From the NCBI GenBank assembly GCA_963630065.1, contig CAVGLH010000001.1:2282-66281 (forward strand): a DNA stretch of 64,000 nt. Reading direction: 5' to 3'. Below, piece by piece: positions 47,907-58,264 of this stretch. Within the stretch, counting starts at the first letter, position 1, and each line of letters opens with the position of its first letter. The notes under the pieces are model-generated. The model was not told where the DNA came from and did no database searches. It saw nothing but the letters and a program-made list of their open reading frames with translations. This DNA is from Bacteroides fragilis. Its GTDB lineage: Bacteria; Bacteroidota; Bacteroidia; Bacteroidales; Bacteroidaceae. The translations under genes and the position numbers were made by a program.

Positions 47907-48602
47907 ATGGACTTTTTACAAAGAAATCTTTTCACGAAACTGCGCTCCGAAAACTTCGGCAGCGAGGAGGAGATGGAGCCGATGACCACCTTCAAAAAAA
48001 AGAAGATAGCCCAGATGATGAAGAATCTGAACGACATACCTGCCGGGGAAGCAAGCATGAGCAACGGATTCCTCAACCGGCGTCTCGTCAAGATACAGGA
48101 AGACGAGCGACACGCCATCGACACATCCACAGAGACGCTCGACCTGCTGCGCATCATCGTGGCAAACATCAACGCCATGCTCTCGGGCGGTGTGAACCTG
48201 AGCGGCATCATCCGACTGGGCAACTACCTGCGCACCAAAGGCCAGAAAGTGGACTTCGTGAAGCTGGAGAAATGGATAGACAAGCTGCGCATACAACGCA
48301 TTTCACAGTTGGAAGGAAGCATCCTCATCACCTTCTTCGACTTCGAGAAAGACGAGATACCCTTCGTAAAGCACGTGGAGCCAGGAGCCTACAAGCTCAC
48401 CCTGCGTTCGCTCTACTACAACATCAAGGACCAGCAGCAGATACAGTTCGCACAGACACAGAGCGGCTTCGTACACGTAACGGGAGGCACAATGCGCAAG
48501 AACTTGAGTCGCAGCATGAGATATCTGCAATACGCTCCCATCGAGACCATCAGCCATTTCCTGAACAATGTATTTAGGTCGCTATCTGAGATTGAAGAGT
48601 AA
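47907..48602 (+). CDS. Hypothetical protein
   Basis: 231-aa ORF with typical codon usage, co-oriented with its neighbours; no catalytic motif recognised. Confidence 0.7.
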   Translation: MDFLQRNLFTKLRSENFGSEEEMEPMTTFKKKKIAQMMKNLNDIPAGEASMSNGFLNRRLVKIQEDERHAIDTSTETLDLLRIIVANINAMLSGGVNLSGIIRLGNYLRTKGQKVDFVKLEKWIDKLRIQRISQLEGSILITFFDFEKDEIPFVKHVEPGAYKLTLRSLYYNIKDQQQIQFAQTQSGFVHVTGGTMRKNLSRSMRYLQYAPIETISHFLNNVFRSLSEIEE

Positions 48603-48665
48603 AATATATATAAAAATATATAGCCAACCGTACGAATATCAAGCGATTTTCGTACCTTTGCAGTT

Positions 48666-49352
48666 ATGAAAAAAAATATTGTCAGCATCATCACAACCAT
48701 ACTGTCACTTGGAGTGCATGCACAAGTGCAATGCGAGGACACCTGCCGCCACGTACACGGCATAGACCTGAGCCACTATCAGGGCAACGTGTTCTGGGAA
48801 ACAGTGGGCGACAACTCCAAGATGGCCTACGTGTACCTGAAGGCCACAGAAGGCGGAAACAACGTAGACAGCAAATACAAGCAAAACATAGATCTGGCTC
48901 ATCGCTACGGGCTGAAAGTGGGTTCGTACCACTTCTACCGCGCTCGCATACCGCAAGAACTGCAGCTACAGAACTTCATGGCGCAATGCCGCCCCGAAGA
49001 CCAAGACTTGCTGCCGATGATAGACGTGGAGACCAAGAGCGGAATGGCCACCGAGGAGTTTTGCGACTCCCTGACCAAGTTTCTCCACCTCGTGGAGAAG
49101 GCCTACAAGCAAAAGCCCCTCATCTATACGGGAGCCAACTTCTACGACCACTACCTCGTGGGCAAGATAGACAGCTACAAGCTCATGATAGCCCAATACA
49201 CCAAGCGAGAGCCCGTGCTCAGCGACGGCAGAGACTTCGAGATGTGGCAGTATACGGGCAAGGGAAGGCTCAACGGTGTAAACGGATATGTAGACAAGAG
49301 CCGCTTCATGGGAAGGCACAAGCTGAGGGAAATCAGATTCCGCCACAGGTAA
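48666..49352 (+). CDS. GH25 lysozyme/muramidase
   Basis: Signal peptide; GIDLSHYQG, KATEG, GSYHFY, DVE catalytic motif, WQYT, VD. Confidence 0.92.
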   Translation: MKKNIVSIITTILSLGVHAQVQCEDTCRHVHGIDLSHYQGNVFWETVGDNSKMAYVYLKATEGGNNVDSKYKQNIDLAHRYGLKVGSYHFYRARIPQELQLQNFMAQCRPEDQDLLPMIDVETKSGMATEEFCDSLTKFLHLVEKAYKQKPLIYTGANFYDHYLVGKIDSYKLMIAQYTKREPVLSDGRDFEMWQYTGKGRLNGVNGYVDKSRFMGRHKLREIRFRHR

Positions 49353-49409
49353 CGCCCACCCCCGCATCATAACATTATAACACTAAACATTTAACACTAC
49401 AAAAGAATT

Positions 49410-50621
49410 ATGGCAATTATAAAGTGTCCAGAATGCGGACATCAAATCAGTGACAAAGCACCGACCTGCCCCAGTTGCGGTATAGAGATTGCAGGCAAGG
49501 TAACACAGTGCCCACATTGTGGCGAAATCTATTTCAACAACCTTGAGATGTGTCCAAACTGCCACGAACTGAACCCTTCGCTCACACGCATAGTCCAACA
49601 ACCCCAACAGCAGTCAGCGGCGCAACCTCAAGTGCCCCGACAGATGCCACAGCCCGTGCCGGAACAAGTGCCCACGATTCCCGCCACGCCTCCCCTAGGC
49701 CCACATGGAGGCGGCACGGCTGGCCAAAAAATACCGGGCGAGAAAAAGAAGAGCAACCGCGGCGTGCTGATTGTCTCCCTCGTTTTCGCCGTGATCGTGT
49801 GCGGCATTATGTATTATTTCTATGATAACGCCAACAAGAACAAGGAGAAGGAAGCCTATGAGTATGCTATGCAGAGCAGCGACCCCATGGTGTTGCAGAG
49901 CTACCTCGACACCTACAAGGATGCAGAAGAGGCCCACCGCGACTCCATCATGGCACATCTCGACAAGCTGAAGCTGATAGACCAAGACTGGACCAACGCC
50001 GTGGTGAGCGGTTCGAAAGAAGCCTTGGAGACCTATCTGCAGAAATATCCCAACAGCCCCCACAAGCAAGAGGCATGCAGCAAGATAGACTCCATCGACT
50101 GGAATGTGGCCAAGGCCGCTGACAATGTGGATGCCTACCAGACCTACCTCGATGCCCATGCAGACGGTGCACACATAGAGGAGGCCGAGAATGCGATGAA
50201 GAAGGCCAAGGGACGCGACCTGCAGCCCGAGGAGAAAAGCATGCTGACCAGTCTCTTCCGCCAGTTCTTCCAGAGCATCAACTCCCGCGACGGCGATGGT
50301 CTGTCGGCCACCTGCGAAGAAATCCTCTCCTCGCTTCTGGGCAAGAACTCAGCCACCAAGGCCGACGTGGTGACCTTCATGAACAAGCTCTACAAGGACG
50401 ACGTGGCCAACATGAACTGGCGCATCAACAACGACTATCAGATCAAGAAGCGCGAGATAGGCGACGGCGACTATGAATACCAGGTGCAGTTCACCGCCGT
50501 GCAGGCCACCGACCTCACCGACGGCACCCAGAGGGAAACCCAGTTCAAGATAAGTGCTATCGTATCGCCCGACGGAAAAATATCTTCCTTCAACATGTCG
50601 AAGGTGAACACAGAGGAATAA
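49410..50621 (+). CDS. Zinc-ribbon membrane protein
   Basis: Four CxxC pairs, P/Q-rich linker, one TM, helical repeats (YLQKYPNSPH), C-terminal alpha/beta domain. Confidence 0.8.
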   Translation: MAIIKCPECGHQISDKAPTCPSCGIEIAGKVTQCPHCGEIYFNNLEMCPNCHELNPSLTRIVQQPQQQSAAQPQVPRQMPQPVPEQVPTIPATPPLGPHGGGTAGQKIPGEKKKSNRGVLIVSLVFAVIVCGIMYYFYDNANKNKEKEAYEYAMQSSDPMVLQSYLDTYKDAEEAHRDSIMAHLDKLKLIDQDWTNAVVSGSKEALETYLQKYPNSPHKQEACSKIDSIDWNVAKAADNVDAYQTYLDAHADGAHIEEAENAMKKAKGRDLQPEEKSMLTSLFRQFFQSINSRDGDGLSATCEEILSSLLGKNSATKADVVTFMNKLYKDDVANMNWRINNDYQIKKREIGDGDYEYQVQFTAVQATDLTDGTQRETQFKISAIVSPDGKISSFNMSKVNTEE

Positions 50622-50663
50622 TCTCGCACACATACATAAACATGCAGCAAGGGGGGATTATAG

Positions 50664-50705
50664 AAAAAAACTCCGATGGAAAAATCAAATTCCATCGGAG
50701 CTTTC
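50664..50705. terminator. Bidirectional terminator between convergent genes
   Basis: A7-CTCCGATGGAA-N8-TTCCATCGGAG-CTTT. Confidence 0.8.
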
Positions 50706-50724
50706 TGTTTATTGCCCATTGCCA

Positions 50725-51489
50725 TCAGGCATCCTTCATCTGTCGGAGCAGTTCCTTCTGCCGGTCGTTCAAGCCCGTAGGCAACTTCACATTGTAGGTG
50801 ATAATCAAGTCGCCAAACGTACCATCGCCTCTGTCATAGCCCTTGCCACGAACACGTACCTTGGTTCCGTTCTGCGTCTCTGGTTTAATCTTCAACTTAA
50901 TCTTTGAGCCATTGCTCAACTTGATGATACCCTCGCCACCGAGCAAAGCCGTATACATATCAATGTTCACATTCATATCCATCTCGCCATTGCTATGACG
51001 GGCATCTTGACCGCAACCACCGCCACAGCCACCAGTACCAAAGCCTGAGCCAGCTCCCGCATTGCCACCGAAACCACCGAAGCCACCAAAGCCAGTACCA
51101 CCCTGCGAGGCGCGTGAACGACCGCCACCGAAGAGATTCTCAAAGAAGCTGGAAAAGCCTCCGCCTCCTCTACCAAACTGGCTGAAGTCGAATCCCTCGA
51201 AAGGATTGCCGCCCGCAGCACCGCCAAATCCGCCGGAACCGCCAGCGCCACCGAAGCCGCCAACATTCTTCCACTGCTCGCCATACTGGTCGTACTTGGC
51301 GCGCTTATCCGGATCCGAAATCACCTCATACGCCTCGTTCAGCGCCTGGAATTTAGCCTTCGCCTTAGGGTCGTTGGGGTGCAAGTCGGGATGAAACTGC
51401 TTTGCACGTTTACGATATGCAGCCCTGACATCCTTCTGCGGGATGTTCTTGTCTACACCGAGAATCTTGTAATAATCAACAAATGCCAT
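50725..51489 (-). CDS. J-domain protein (CbpA/class B DnaJ-like, shortened)
   Basis: DYYKILG, HPD, G/F-rich region, C-terminal RVRGKG...GDL. Confidence 0.9.
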   Translation of the reverse strand: MAFVDYYKILGVDKNIPQKDVRAAYRKRAKQFHPDLHPNDPKAKAKFQALNEAYEVISDPDKRAKYDQYGEQWKNVGGFGGAGGSGGFGGAAGGNPFEGFDFSQFGRGGGGFSSFFENLFGGGRSRASQGGTGFGGFGGFGGNAGAGSGFGTGGCGGGCGQDARHSNGEMDMNVNIDMYTALLGGEGIIKLSNGSKIKLKIKPETQNGTKVRVRGKGYDRGDGTFGDLIITYNVKLPTGLNDRQKELLRQMKDA

Positions 51490-51635
51490 ATTATAAAACC
51501 TCCTATTTTTATGTTTTTAGCAAGTTTCCAACAAAAAGTATGCCTATTTCACTTCTTTTTTGTAATTTTGCAGAGAAATTCGGCGGCAGCCCCCATGAAG
51601 GCAACCCCTAACATATTAACAAATCATGATTTAAA

Positions 51636-53399
51636 ATGAAACAATTAATGGCAGCGCTCCTCGTGGCGCTTACTTTCAACTCACAAGCTATGGCACAACA
51701 ACGTACCGTAAAACTCAGAGTGATTGAGACCAGCGACGTGCATGGTTCCTTCTTCCCCTACGATTTCATCACACGCAAGCCCAAGTCGGGCACGCTGGCA
51801 CGCGTATCGTCGTATGTAAAGGACCTGCGCAAGACCTACAAAGACAACCTCATCCTTCTGGAGAACGGAGACATTCTGCAGGGGCAACCTACCTGCTACT
51901 ATTATAATTATGTGAACACCCAAGCACGCAACGTGGCTGCCGACGTGGTGAACTACATGAAATATGACGCCGAAGCGTTCGGCAACCATGATGTGGAGAC
52001 CGGCCATGCCGTATACGACAAGTGGATCAAGGAACTGGACTGCCCAGTGCTGGGTGCAAACATCATCAATACCAAGACCGGCGAACCCTACGTGAAGCCA
52101 TACATCATCCTCAACCGTGAGGGCGTGAAAGTGGCGGTACTCGGCATGCTCACCCCAGCCATCCCCAACTGGTTGACAGAGAACTTGTGGAGCGGCATGC
52201 GATTTGAGAACATGGTGACCTGCGCACAGAAATGGGTGAAATATCTTCAGGAAAACGAGAAACCCGACGTAATCATCGGTCTCTTCCATAGCGGAAAAGA
52301 AGGCGGTATCTCCACACCAGAATACGACGAGGACGCCTCGCTCAAGGTAGCCCAGCAGGTGCCAGGCTTCGACATGGTACTCTTCGGGCACGACCACACC
52401 CGCTGCAACGAGACCGTGACCAACATCGACGGCAAGCCAGTGCTCTGCCTCGATCCGGCCAACAATGCCAACAGTGTGGCCGACGCAGAAATCACTCTCA
52501 TCCTCGACAAGAAGAAGGTGAACGGAAAGAAGCAATACGTGGTAACTGACAAGAAAGTGACCGGCAAGGTGGCTAATGTGACAGAATGTCCTATAGACGA
52601 AGACTTCATGAAGACTTTCGAAACTCAAATAGGCGAAGTAAACAAGTTCGTGAACGAACAGATAGGCACCTTCAAGAACACTATCTACAGCCGTGACGGC
52701 TTCTTTGGCAGCTCTGCCTTCAACGATTTCATCCTCAACCTGGAGCTACAGATTACCAAGGCCGACATAGCCTTCAACGCCCCATTGCAGTTCAACTCCG
52801 TCATCGAGGCAGGTCCTATCCATGTTTCAGACATGTTTAATCTCTACAAGTACGAGAACGGTCTCTACGTGATGCGACTCACGGGCGAGGAGATACGCAA
52901 ACATCTGGAAATGAGCTACGACCTATGGGTGAACACGATGAAGAGCCCAGACGACCACCTGCTCCTACTCGACAACCAGACATGGGGCGACCAGCAACGA
53001 CTGGGATTCAAGAATTTCTCGTTCAACTTCGACAGTGCTGCCGGCATCGACTACGAGGTAGACGTGACAAAGCCCAACGGCGAGAAGGTGAAGATATTGA
53101 GAATGAGCAACGGACAGTCCTTCGACGAGAAGAAATGGTATACCGTAGCCGTGAACAGCTACCGTGGCAATGGTGGCGGCGAACTGCTCACCAAGGGTGC
53201 CGGCATCCCTAAAGACAGTCTGGAAAGCCGCATCATCTATCGCAGTCCGCTAGACCAGCGTCATTACCTGATGGAGGAAATCAAGAAGATGGGCACCGTA
53301 GATGCCAAGGCCAACAACAACTGGAAATTCGTGCCAGAGGCATGGGTGAAGCCAGCTGCAAAGCGCGACTTCGAATTATTGTTCGGAAACAATAAATAA
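51636..53399 (+). CDS. cpdB: Secreted 2',3'-cyclic nucleotide phosphodiesterase / 5'-nucleotidase
   Basis: Signal peptide; TSDVHG, GDILQG, GNHD, HSG, GHDH, LYKYEN, NSYRGNGGG. Confidence 0.85.
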   Translation: MKQLMAALLVALTFNSQAMAQQRTVKLRVIETSDVHGSFFPYDFITRKPKSGTLARVSSYVKDLRKTYKDNLILLENGDILQGQPTCYYYNYVNTQARNVAADVVNYMKYDAEAFGNHDVETGHAVYDKWIKELDCPVLGANIINTKTGEPYVKPYIILNREGVKVAVLGMLTPAIPNWLTENLWSGMRFENMVTCAQKWVKYLQENEKPDVIIGLFHSGKEGGISTPEYDEDASLKVAQQVPGFDMVLFGHDHTRCNETVTNIDGKPVLCLDPANNANSVADAEITLILDKKKVNGKKQYVVTDKKVTGKVANVTECPIDEDFMKTFETQIGEVNKFVNEQIGTFKNTIYSRDGFFGSSAFNDFILNLELQITKADIAFNAPLQFNSVIEAGPIHVSDMFNLYKYENGLYVMRLTGEEIRKHLEMSYDLWVNTMKSPDDHLLLLDNQTWGDQQRLGFKNFSFNFDSAAGIDYEVDVTKPNGEKVKILRMSNGQSFDEKKWYTVAVNSYRGNGGGELLTKGAGIPKDSLESRIIYRSPLDQRHYLMEEIKKMGTVDAKANNNWKFVPEAWVKPAAKRDFELLFGNNK

Positions 53400-53438
53400 C
53401 GCACGTCAAAACGCAAGCAATAAAAACACAACATCAAA

Positions 53439-54212
53439 ATGAAATATTGGTTTATATTTTGCAAGACCGACCTCTTGCTTGAGAAGAAAGAAGACGGAAC
53501 CTATACGATTCCATGCAGCGAGGAGAGCCCTATCGAGACCAAACCTTGGACTCACATCCTTAACATCACCCCTATGGAAGACGGCACCGAGGTGAAGACT
53601 TTCACCATCCCCGAGCCAGTGACTGGCAATCCACGCTACGAGATGTGCGGATTGCGCCCAAGCTTCTACAAGCTATCCCCCGAACTCTACCAGAAAGCTG
53701 GCAAATGCCAGGAACTGAACTACTGGGACATGAACACCCAGTATTGCGGCGTATGTGGCGCTCCGACCAAGATGGCCACCGACATCAGCAAGAAATGCAC
53801 GGAATGTGGCAAACAGGTATGGCCTTCGCTCGCCACTGCCATCATTGTGCTCATCAAGAAAGATGACCAGGTGCTGCTCGTTCACGCCCGCAACTTCAAG
53901 GGAAATTTCGACAGTCTCGTGGCTGGATTCGTAGAGACCGGCGAGAGTCTGGAAGAGGCAGTACATCGCGAAGTGATGGAAGAGACAGGACTAACCATCA
54001 AGAACTTGAAATACTTTGGTTCCCAGCCATGGCCTTATCCTAGCGGCCTGATGGTAGGGTATTCTGCCGAATATGTAGATGGAGAAATCCACCTGCAGAA
54101 AGAAGAGCTATCCCGAGGCAAATGGTTTACCAAGGAGAACCTGCCGATATTGCCCGAAAAACTCTCCATCGCCCGCAAACTCATCGACGCCTGGCTGGAG
54201 GATAGGCTCTAA
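53439..54212 (+). CDS. nudC: NAD(H) pyrophosphatase NudC
   Basis: CGVCG/CTECG zinc site, Nudix box GFVETGESLEEAVHREVMEETG, SQPWPYP. Confidence 0.93.
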   Translation: MKYWFIFCKTDLLLEKKEDGTYTIPCSEESPIETKPWTHILNITPMEDGTEVKTFTIPEPVTGNPRYEMCGLRPSFYKLSPELYQKAGKCQELNYWDMNTQYCGVCGAPTKMATDISKKCTECGKQVWPSLATAIIVLIKKDDQVLLVHARNFKGNFDSLVAGFVETGESLEEAVHREVMEETGLTIKNLKYFGSQPWPYPSGLMVGYSAEYVDGEIHLQKEELSRGKWFTKENLPILPEKLSIARKLIDAWLEDRL

Positions 54213-54304
54213 AAGAAACCAGGCATATACTTACGAGCCATCAGGTAATACCTGTAAGTCATCAGGCATATAAGCGAAAAACAAAACTATATTATAAATA
54301 AGGA

Positions 54305-55492
54305 ATGAGTAACGAGAACAAAGAGAAACTGTGGAATGGCAATTACATCAAGGTGATGACCACCAACTTTCTGCTGTATTTTGCCTTCTACTTGCTCACC
54401 CCTCTCCTGCCACTTTATCTGAGTGAGACGTTTGGAACCACAAAAGACGTGATAGGCATCGTGCTGAGCGGATATACCGTAGCAGCCCTTGTCATCCGCC
54501 CCTTCAGCGGATATGTAGTCGACGGATTCTCGCGCAAGAAGGTGCTCATGACGTGCCTTTGCCTCTTTGCCATCTTCTTTGCCGGCTATATAGCAGCCAG
54601 CACCATCCTGATGTTTGCCATCTGCCGCACCCTGCACGGAGGCCCCTTCGGAGCCGTGACGGTGGCCAACAGCACTTGCGCCATCGACGTTTTGCCAGCC
54701 AGCCGCCGCAATGAGGGCATCGGACTCTACGGACTGAGCAACAACTTCGCCATGGCTATTGCACCATCCATCGGCATCTACCTTCACAATATGGTAGGTA
54801 GCTACATGGTTTTGTTTTGGTTGGCTTTCGTAGTGGCCATCGCCTCGGTAATCATCGCCGGGACAGTAAAGTTGCCGGAGAAGGAAATCGTGAAGAACAA
54901 GGAGAAGATTTCGCTCGACCGTTTCTTCCTTACCCGGGCATGGTTGCTCGCCATCAACATCGCCATGTTTGGCTTCTGCTGGGGCGTACTGAGCAACTAT
55001 CTCGCCATCTACAGCAAGGAAGACCTCGGCATCACTGGCGGCACGGGCACCTATTTCGCCCTACTTTCCATGGGACTTTTCCTCTCCCGACTGCAAGGGC
55101 GCAAGGCTCTGAGCCAAGGTAAACTAACCCAGAATGCAGCCGAGGGAATGTTGCTCTCGCTCGTTGGATTCATCATCTTTGTGGCCATCAAGCACCCGAT
55201 AGCCTATTACCTCTCGGCTTGCTTCATCGGACTGGGCAACGGACATCTCTACCCAGCCTTTCTCAACATGTTCATCAATGTGGCGCGCCACGACCAACGG
55301 GGCACTGCCAACAGCAGCATCCTTACGGGTTGGGACCTCGGCTTCGGCATCGGATGTCTACTGGGAGGTGTGGTGGCACAACACTTCGGCTACAGTGGCA
55401 CTTTCTGGATGGTGGCGATAGAAAACGCTGCCGGCGTGCTTCTCTTCTTCATGGCTTCACGCAAGTTTTTCGAGACAAGGAGAAGAGAGTGA
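54305..55492 (+). CDS. MFS transporter
   Basis: About 12 TM; motif A-like GYVVDGFSRK; RRNEGIG. Confidence 0.9.
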   Translation: MSNENKEKLWNGNYIKVMTTNFLLYFAFYLLTPLLPLYLSETFGTTKDVIGIVLSGYTVAALVIRPFSGYVVDGFSRKKVLMTCLCLFAIFFAGYIAASTILMFAICRTLHGGPFGAVTVANSTCAIDVLPASRRNEGIGLYGLSNNFAMAIAPSIGIYLHNMVGSYMVLFWLAFVVAIASVIIAGTVKLPEKEIVKNKEKISLDRFFLTRAWLLAINIAMFGFCWGVLSNYLAIYSKEDLGITGGTGTYFALLSMGLFLSRLQGRKALSQGKLTQNAAEGMLLSLVGFIIFVAIKHPIAYYLSACFIGLGNGHLYPAFLNMFINVARHDQRGTANSSILTGWDLGFGIGCLLGGVVAQHFGYSGTFWMVAIENAAGVLLFFMASRKFFETRRRE

Positions 55493-55540
55493 GACAAAAA
55501 TATATGGACAAAAACGCACCAAAAAGGAGCTGGTTACAAC

Positions 55541-55590
55541 AAAAGGCACTCTACCGCGGATGAGAAATCCATCGGAAGAGTGCCTTTTTG
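55541..55590. terminator. Bidirectional terminator between MFS and DUF3127
   Basis: AAAAGGCACTCT...AGAGTGCCTTTT. Confidence 0.75.
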
Positions 55591-55610
55591 TATTTTATTG
55601 ACAATTTCGA

Positions 55611-56066
55611 TTAGAATGGGAGATCGTCTGTGCTACCGCCTTCGGCTGCAGGAGCTGCTGGCTGAGCTGGAGGGAACGGAGCTGTTGCACCACCAGCAGG
55701 AGCGGCTGGCTGAGCAGGAGCTGCAGCTGGAGCGGCACCCATTGGAGGGAATGGAGCACCAGGCTGCATGCCCCCCATAGCACCTGCTACGGCATTAGGG
55801 TCTACACGCTGAATATTCCAAGCACGCACACTGTTGAACCAACGACCCTGGTATTCGTGAGCATCCAAATCGAAGGAAACCAAGAGTTCCTCCCCACTTT
55901 GGATATTGAACTGTGCCAGGCGATCGGCGCCAAACACGTCAAAACACAATTTCTTAGGATACTGCTCGTGAGTCTCGATGACGAACGACTGAGCCTTCCA
56001 CTCTCCTCTTGCAGAGACACCGCTTCTTTCAGGCAAAACGGCGATAACCTTTCCTTGTAATTCCAT
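55611..56066 (-). CDS. DUF3127-family protein, SSB-like
   Basis: MELQGKVI...QYPKK...EYQGRWFN..AW; P/A/Q/G-rich linker; C-terminal DDLPF; start at 56066. Confidence 0.85.
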   Translation of the reverse strand: MELQGKVIAVLPERSGVSARGEWKAQSFVIETHEQYPKKLCFDVFGADRLAQFNIQSGEELLVSFDLDAHEYQGRWFNSVRAWNIQRVDPNAVAGAMGGMQPGAPFPPMGAAPAAAPAQPAAPAGGATAPFPPAQPAAPAAEGGSTDDLPF

Positions 56067-56208
56067 AATTTTATAGCAAATATTCTTTTTGACTGCGAAA
56101 TTACAAAAAATACTCCGAAATTTAAAACTTTTCTCCAATTATTTTTGTCGGTCACCAATATTTTTTGTATTTTTGTACTCATAATTCATATATTAAATAT
56201 AAATACTC

Positions 56209-57336
56209 ATGAGATTTACAGTATCAAGTTCGGCATTGAGCAGCAAGCTCAACATGCTCGCAAAGGTTATCGGAAGCAAAAATTCGTTACCCGTCCTCGA
56301 CTGCTTCCTGTTTCAGATAGCCAACGGTGAGATGACCATCGTTGCCAGCGACAACGACAACGTCATCAAGAGTTCCATCGCCCTGACGGAAAACGATGGC
56401 GATGGAGAATTCTGCGTGCCCAACCGCGTAATCCTCGACGCCCTGAAGGAACTACCAGAGCAACCGCTCAGCTTCGAGGTGGACCACGACACATACGCCA
56501 TCCGAATTGCCTACCAGAACGGCCTCTACAACTTCACTGGGCTGAATGCCGAAGAGTATCCTCGCCCCCAAGGCATCGACGACGATGCCTGCACCACTGT
56601 GACCCTACCTACGGAACTACTCATCGACAACATCTCACGCTCGCTCTTCGCTTCGGCCAATGACGAGCTGCGCCCCGTGATGAACGGCATATACTTCGAC
56701 CTGAAACCCGACGCACTCACCGTAGTGGCCAGCGACGGCCACAAACTGGTGCGCTCCAGAAACTTCAGCATCAAGAGCGAGATGCCTGCCGCCTTCAACC
56801 TGCCCAAGAAGCCAGCATCACTGCTGAAAAACATCCTGAGCAAAGACGGAGACGATGCCATCATCAAGTTTGACAACAAAAGTGCTGAAATCGCGTTTAC
56901 GGACGGCCTGCTGAAATGCCGCCTCATCGACGGCCGCTACCCCAACTACAACTCCGTGATTCCCACCAACAACCCCAACCAGGCAACCGTAGACCGCAAA
57001 GCCCTGCTGAGCGCACTGCGCCGCGTAATGCCGTTTGCCAGCGAGAGCAGCCAGTTGATACGCCTCCATATCGAGATAGGCCTCTTCGAGATTTCATCTG
57101 AAGACATCGACTTCGCCACATCCGCCAAGGAACAACTCCCCTGCGAATACACAGGAACCCCCGTAAGCATCGGGTTCAAGGGCAGCAGCCTAATGGAAAC
57201 CCTGAGTAACCTCTCCTGCGACAGCATCGTAATCCACCTGGCCGACCCCAGCCGAGCCGGCATCATCGTGCCAGCCGAGCCGACGGAAAACGAAGACATC
57301 CTGATGCTCATCATGCCTATGCTCCTCAACGACTAA
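56209..57336 (+). CDS. dnaN: DNA polymerase III beta clamp
   Basis: DELRPVMNGI, VASDGHKL, LIDGRYPNY, LIMPM. Confidence 0.96.
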   Translation: MRFTVSSSALSSKLNMLAKVIGSKNSLPVLDCFLFQIANGEMTIVASDNDNVIKSSIALTENDGDGEFCVPNRVILDALKELPEQPLSFEVDHDTYAIRIAYQNGLYNFTGLNAEEYPRPQGIDDDACTTVTLPTELLIDNISRSLFASANDELRPVMNGIYFDLKPDALTVVASDGHKLVRSRNFSIKSEMPAAFNLPKKPASLLKNILSKDGDDAIIKFDNKSAEIAFTDGLLKCRLIDGRYPNYNSVIPTNNPNQATVDRKALLSALRRVMPFASESSQLIRLHIEIGLFEISSEDIDFATSAKEQLPCEYTGTPVSIGFKGSSLMETLSNLSCDSIVIHLADPSRAGIIVPAEPTENEDILMLIMPMLLND

Positions 57337-57393
57337 GAGGGACATGGGCGAAGACAACAAGAAACTGACAACAAAAGACAATAAAAAGATAAA

Positions 57394-58257
57394 ATGAAAC
57401 TCAATCTCACCAAACCATTAATCGTGTTTGACCTGGAGACAACAGGACTCGACATGGTCAAATCACGCATCATACAAATCTCATACATCAAGGTGATGCC
57501 AGACGGCAAGGAAACACGCAAGAATCTCTTTGTAAACCCCGGTCATCCCATACCAGCCGAGGTAGTAGCCCTGACAGGCATATCGGACGAGGACGTGAAA
57601 GACGCCCCCACCTTCAAGCAGCTGGCTGCCACGCTGGAAAAGGAATTCACGGGCTGTGACTTCGCGGGCTACAACTCCAACCATTTTGACGTGCCCATGC
57701 TGGCCGAGGAATTCCTCCGCGCCGGCATCGACTTCGACTTCTCCAAGTGCCGCCTCATCGACGCACAAACCATCTTCATGAAGATGGAGCGCCGCAATCT
57801 GGCCGCCGCCTACAAGTTCTACTGCGGAAGGAAGATGGAGGAAGACTTCCAGGCCCACCGCGCCGACCAAGACACCGAGGCCACCTACCGCGTGCTTATG
57901 GGCGAGCTGGACAAGTACGCCCCCGGCATGCAAGAGGAGCCCGACCGCGTGCTCAACAACAACATGGACGAGCTGGCCGAATTCTCCAAACAGAATGCCA
58001 ACGTAGACTTCGCCGGACGCATCATCTGGCAGGAGGTAAAGGACGCACAGGGCAACGTTGTAAAGGACGCCCAAGGCACCCCCTTGAAGCACGAGGTGTT
58101 CAACTTCGGCAAGTACAAAGGTATGGCCGTGGCGGAAATCCTACAGAAAGACCCTGGCTACTTCACCTGGGTGCTGGGCAGCGAATTCACCAACAACACC
58201 AAGCAAGTGCTCACACGCATCCGTCTGCGCGAGTTCAACAAACGAATGGGTAAATAA
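57394..58257 (+). CDS. DEDDh 3'-5' exonuclease (Pol III epsilon-like)
   Basis: FDLETTG, YNSNHFD, HRADQD; C-terminal FNFGKYKG; follows dnaN. Confidence 0.88.
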   Translation: MKLNLTKPLIVFDLETTGLDMVKSRIIQISYIKVMPDGKETRKNLFVNPGHPIPAEVVALTGISDEDVKDAPTFKQLAATLEKEFTGCDFAGYNSNHFDVPMLAEEFLRAGIDFDFSKCRLIDAQTIFMKMERRNLAAAYKFYCGRKMEEDFQAHRADQDTEATYRVLMGELDKYAPGMQEEPDRVLNNNMDELAEFSKQNANVDFAGRIIWQEVKDAQGNVVKDAQGTPLKHEVFNFGKYKGMAVAEILQKDPGYFTWVLGSEFTNNTKQVLTRIRLREFNKRMGK

Positions 58258-58264
58258 GCAGAAA

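Noticed and set aside
48666..49352. Prophage endolysin
   Set aside because: It has a signal peptide and its own host-type promoter, with no holin or other phage genes nearby.
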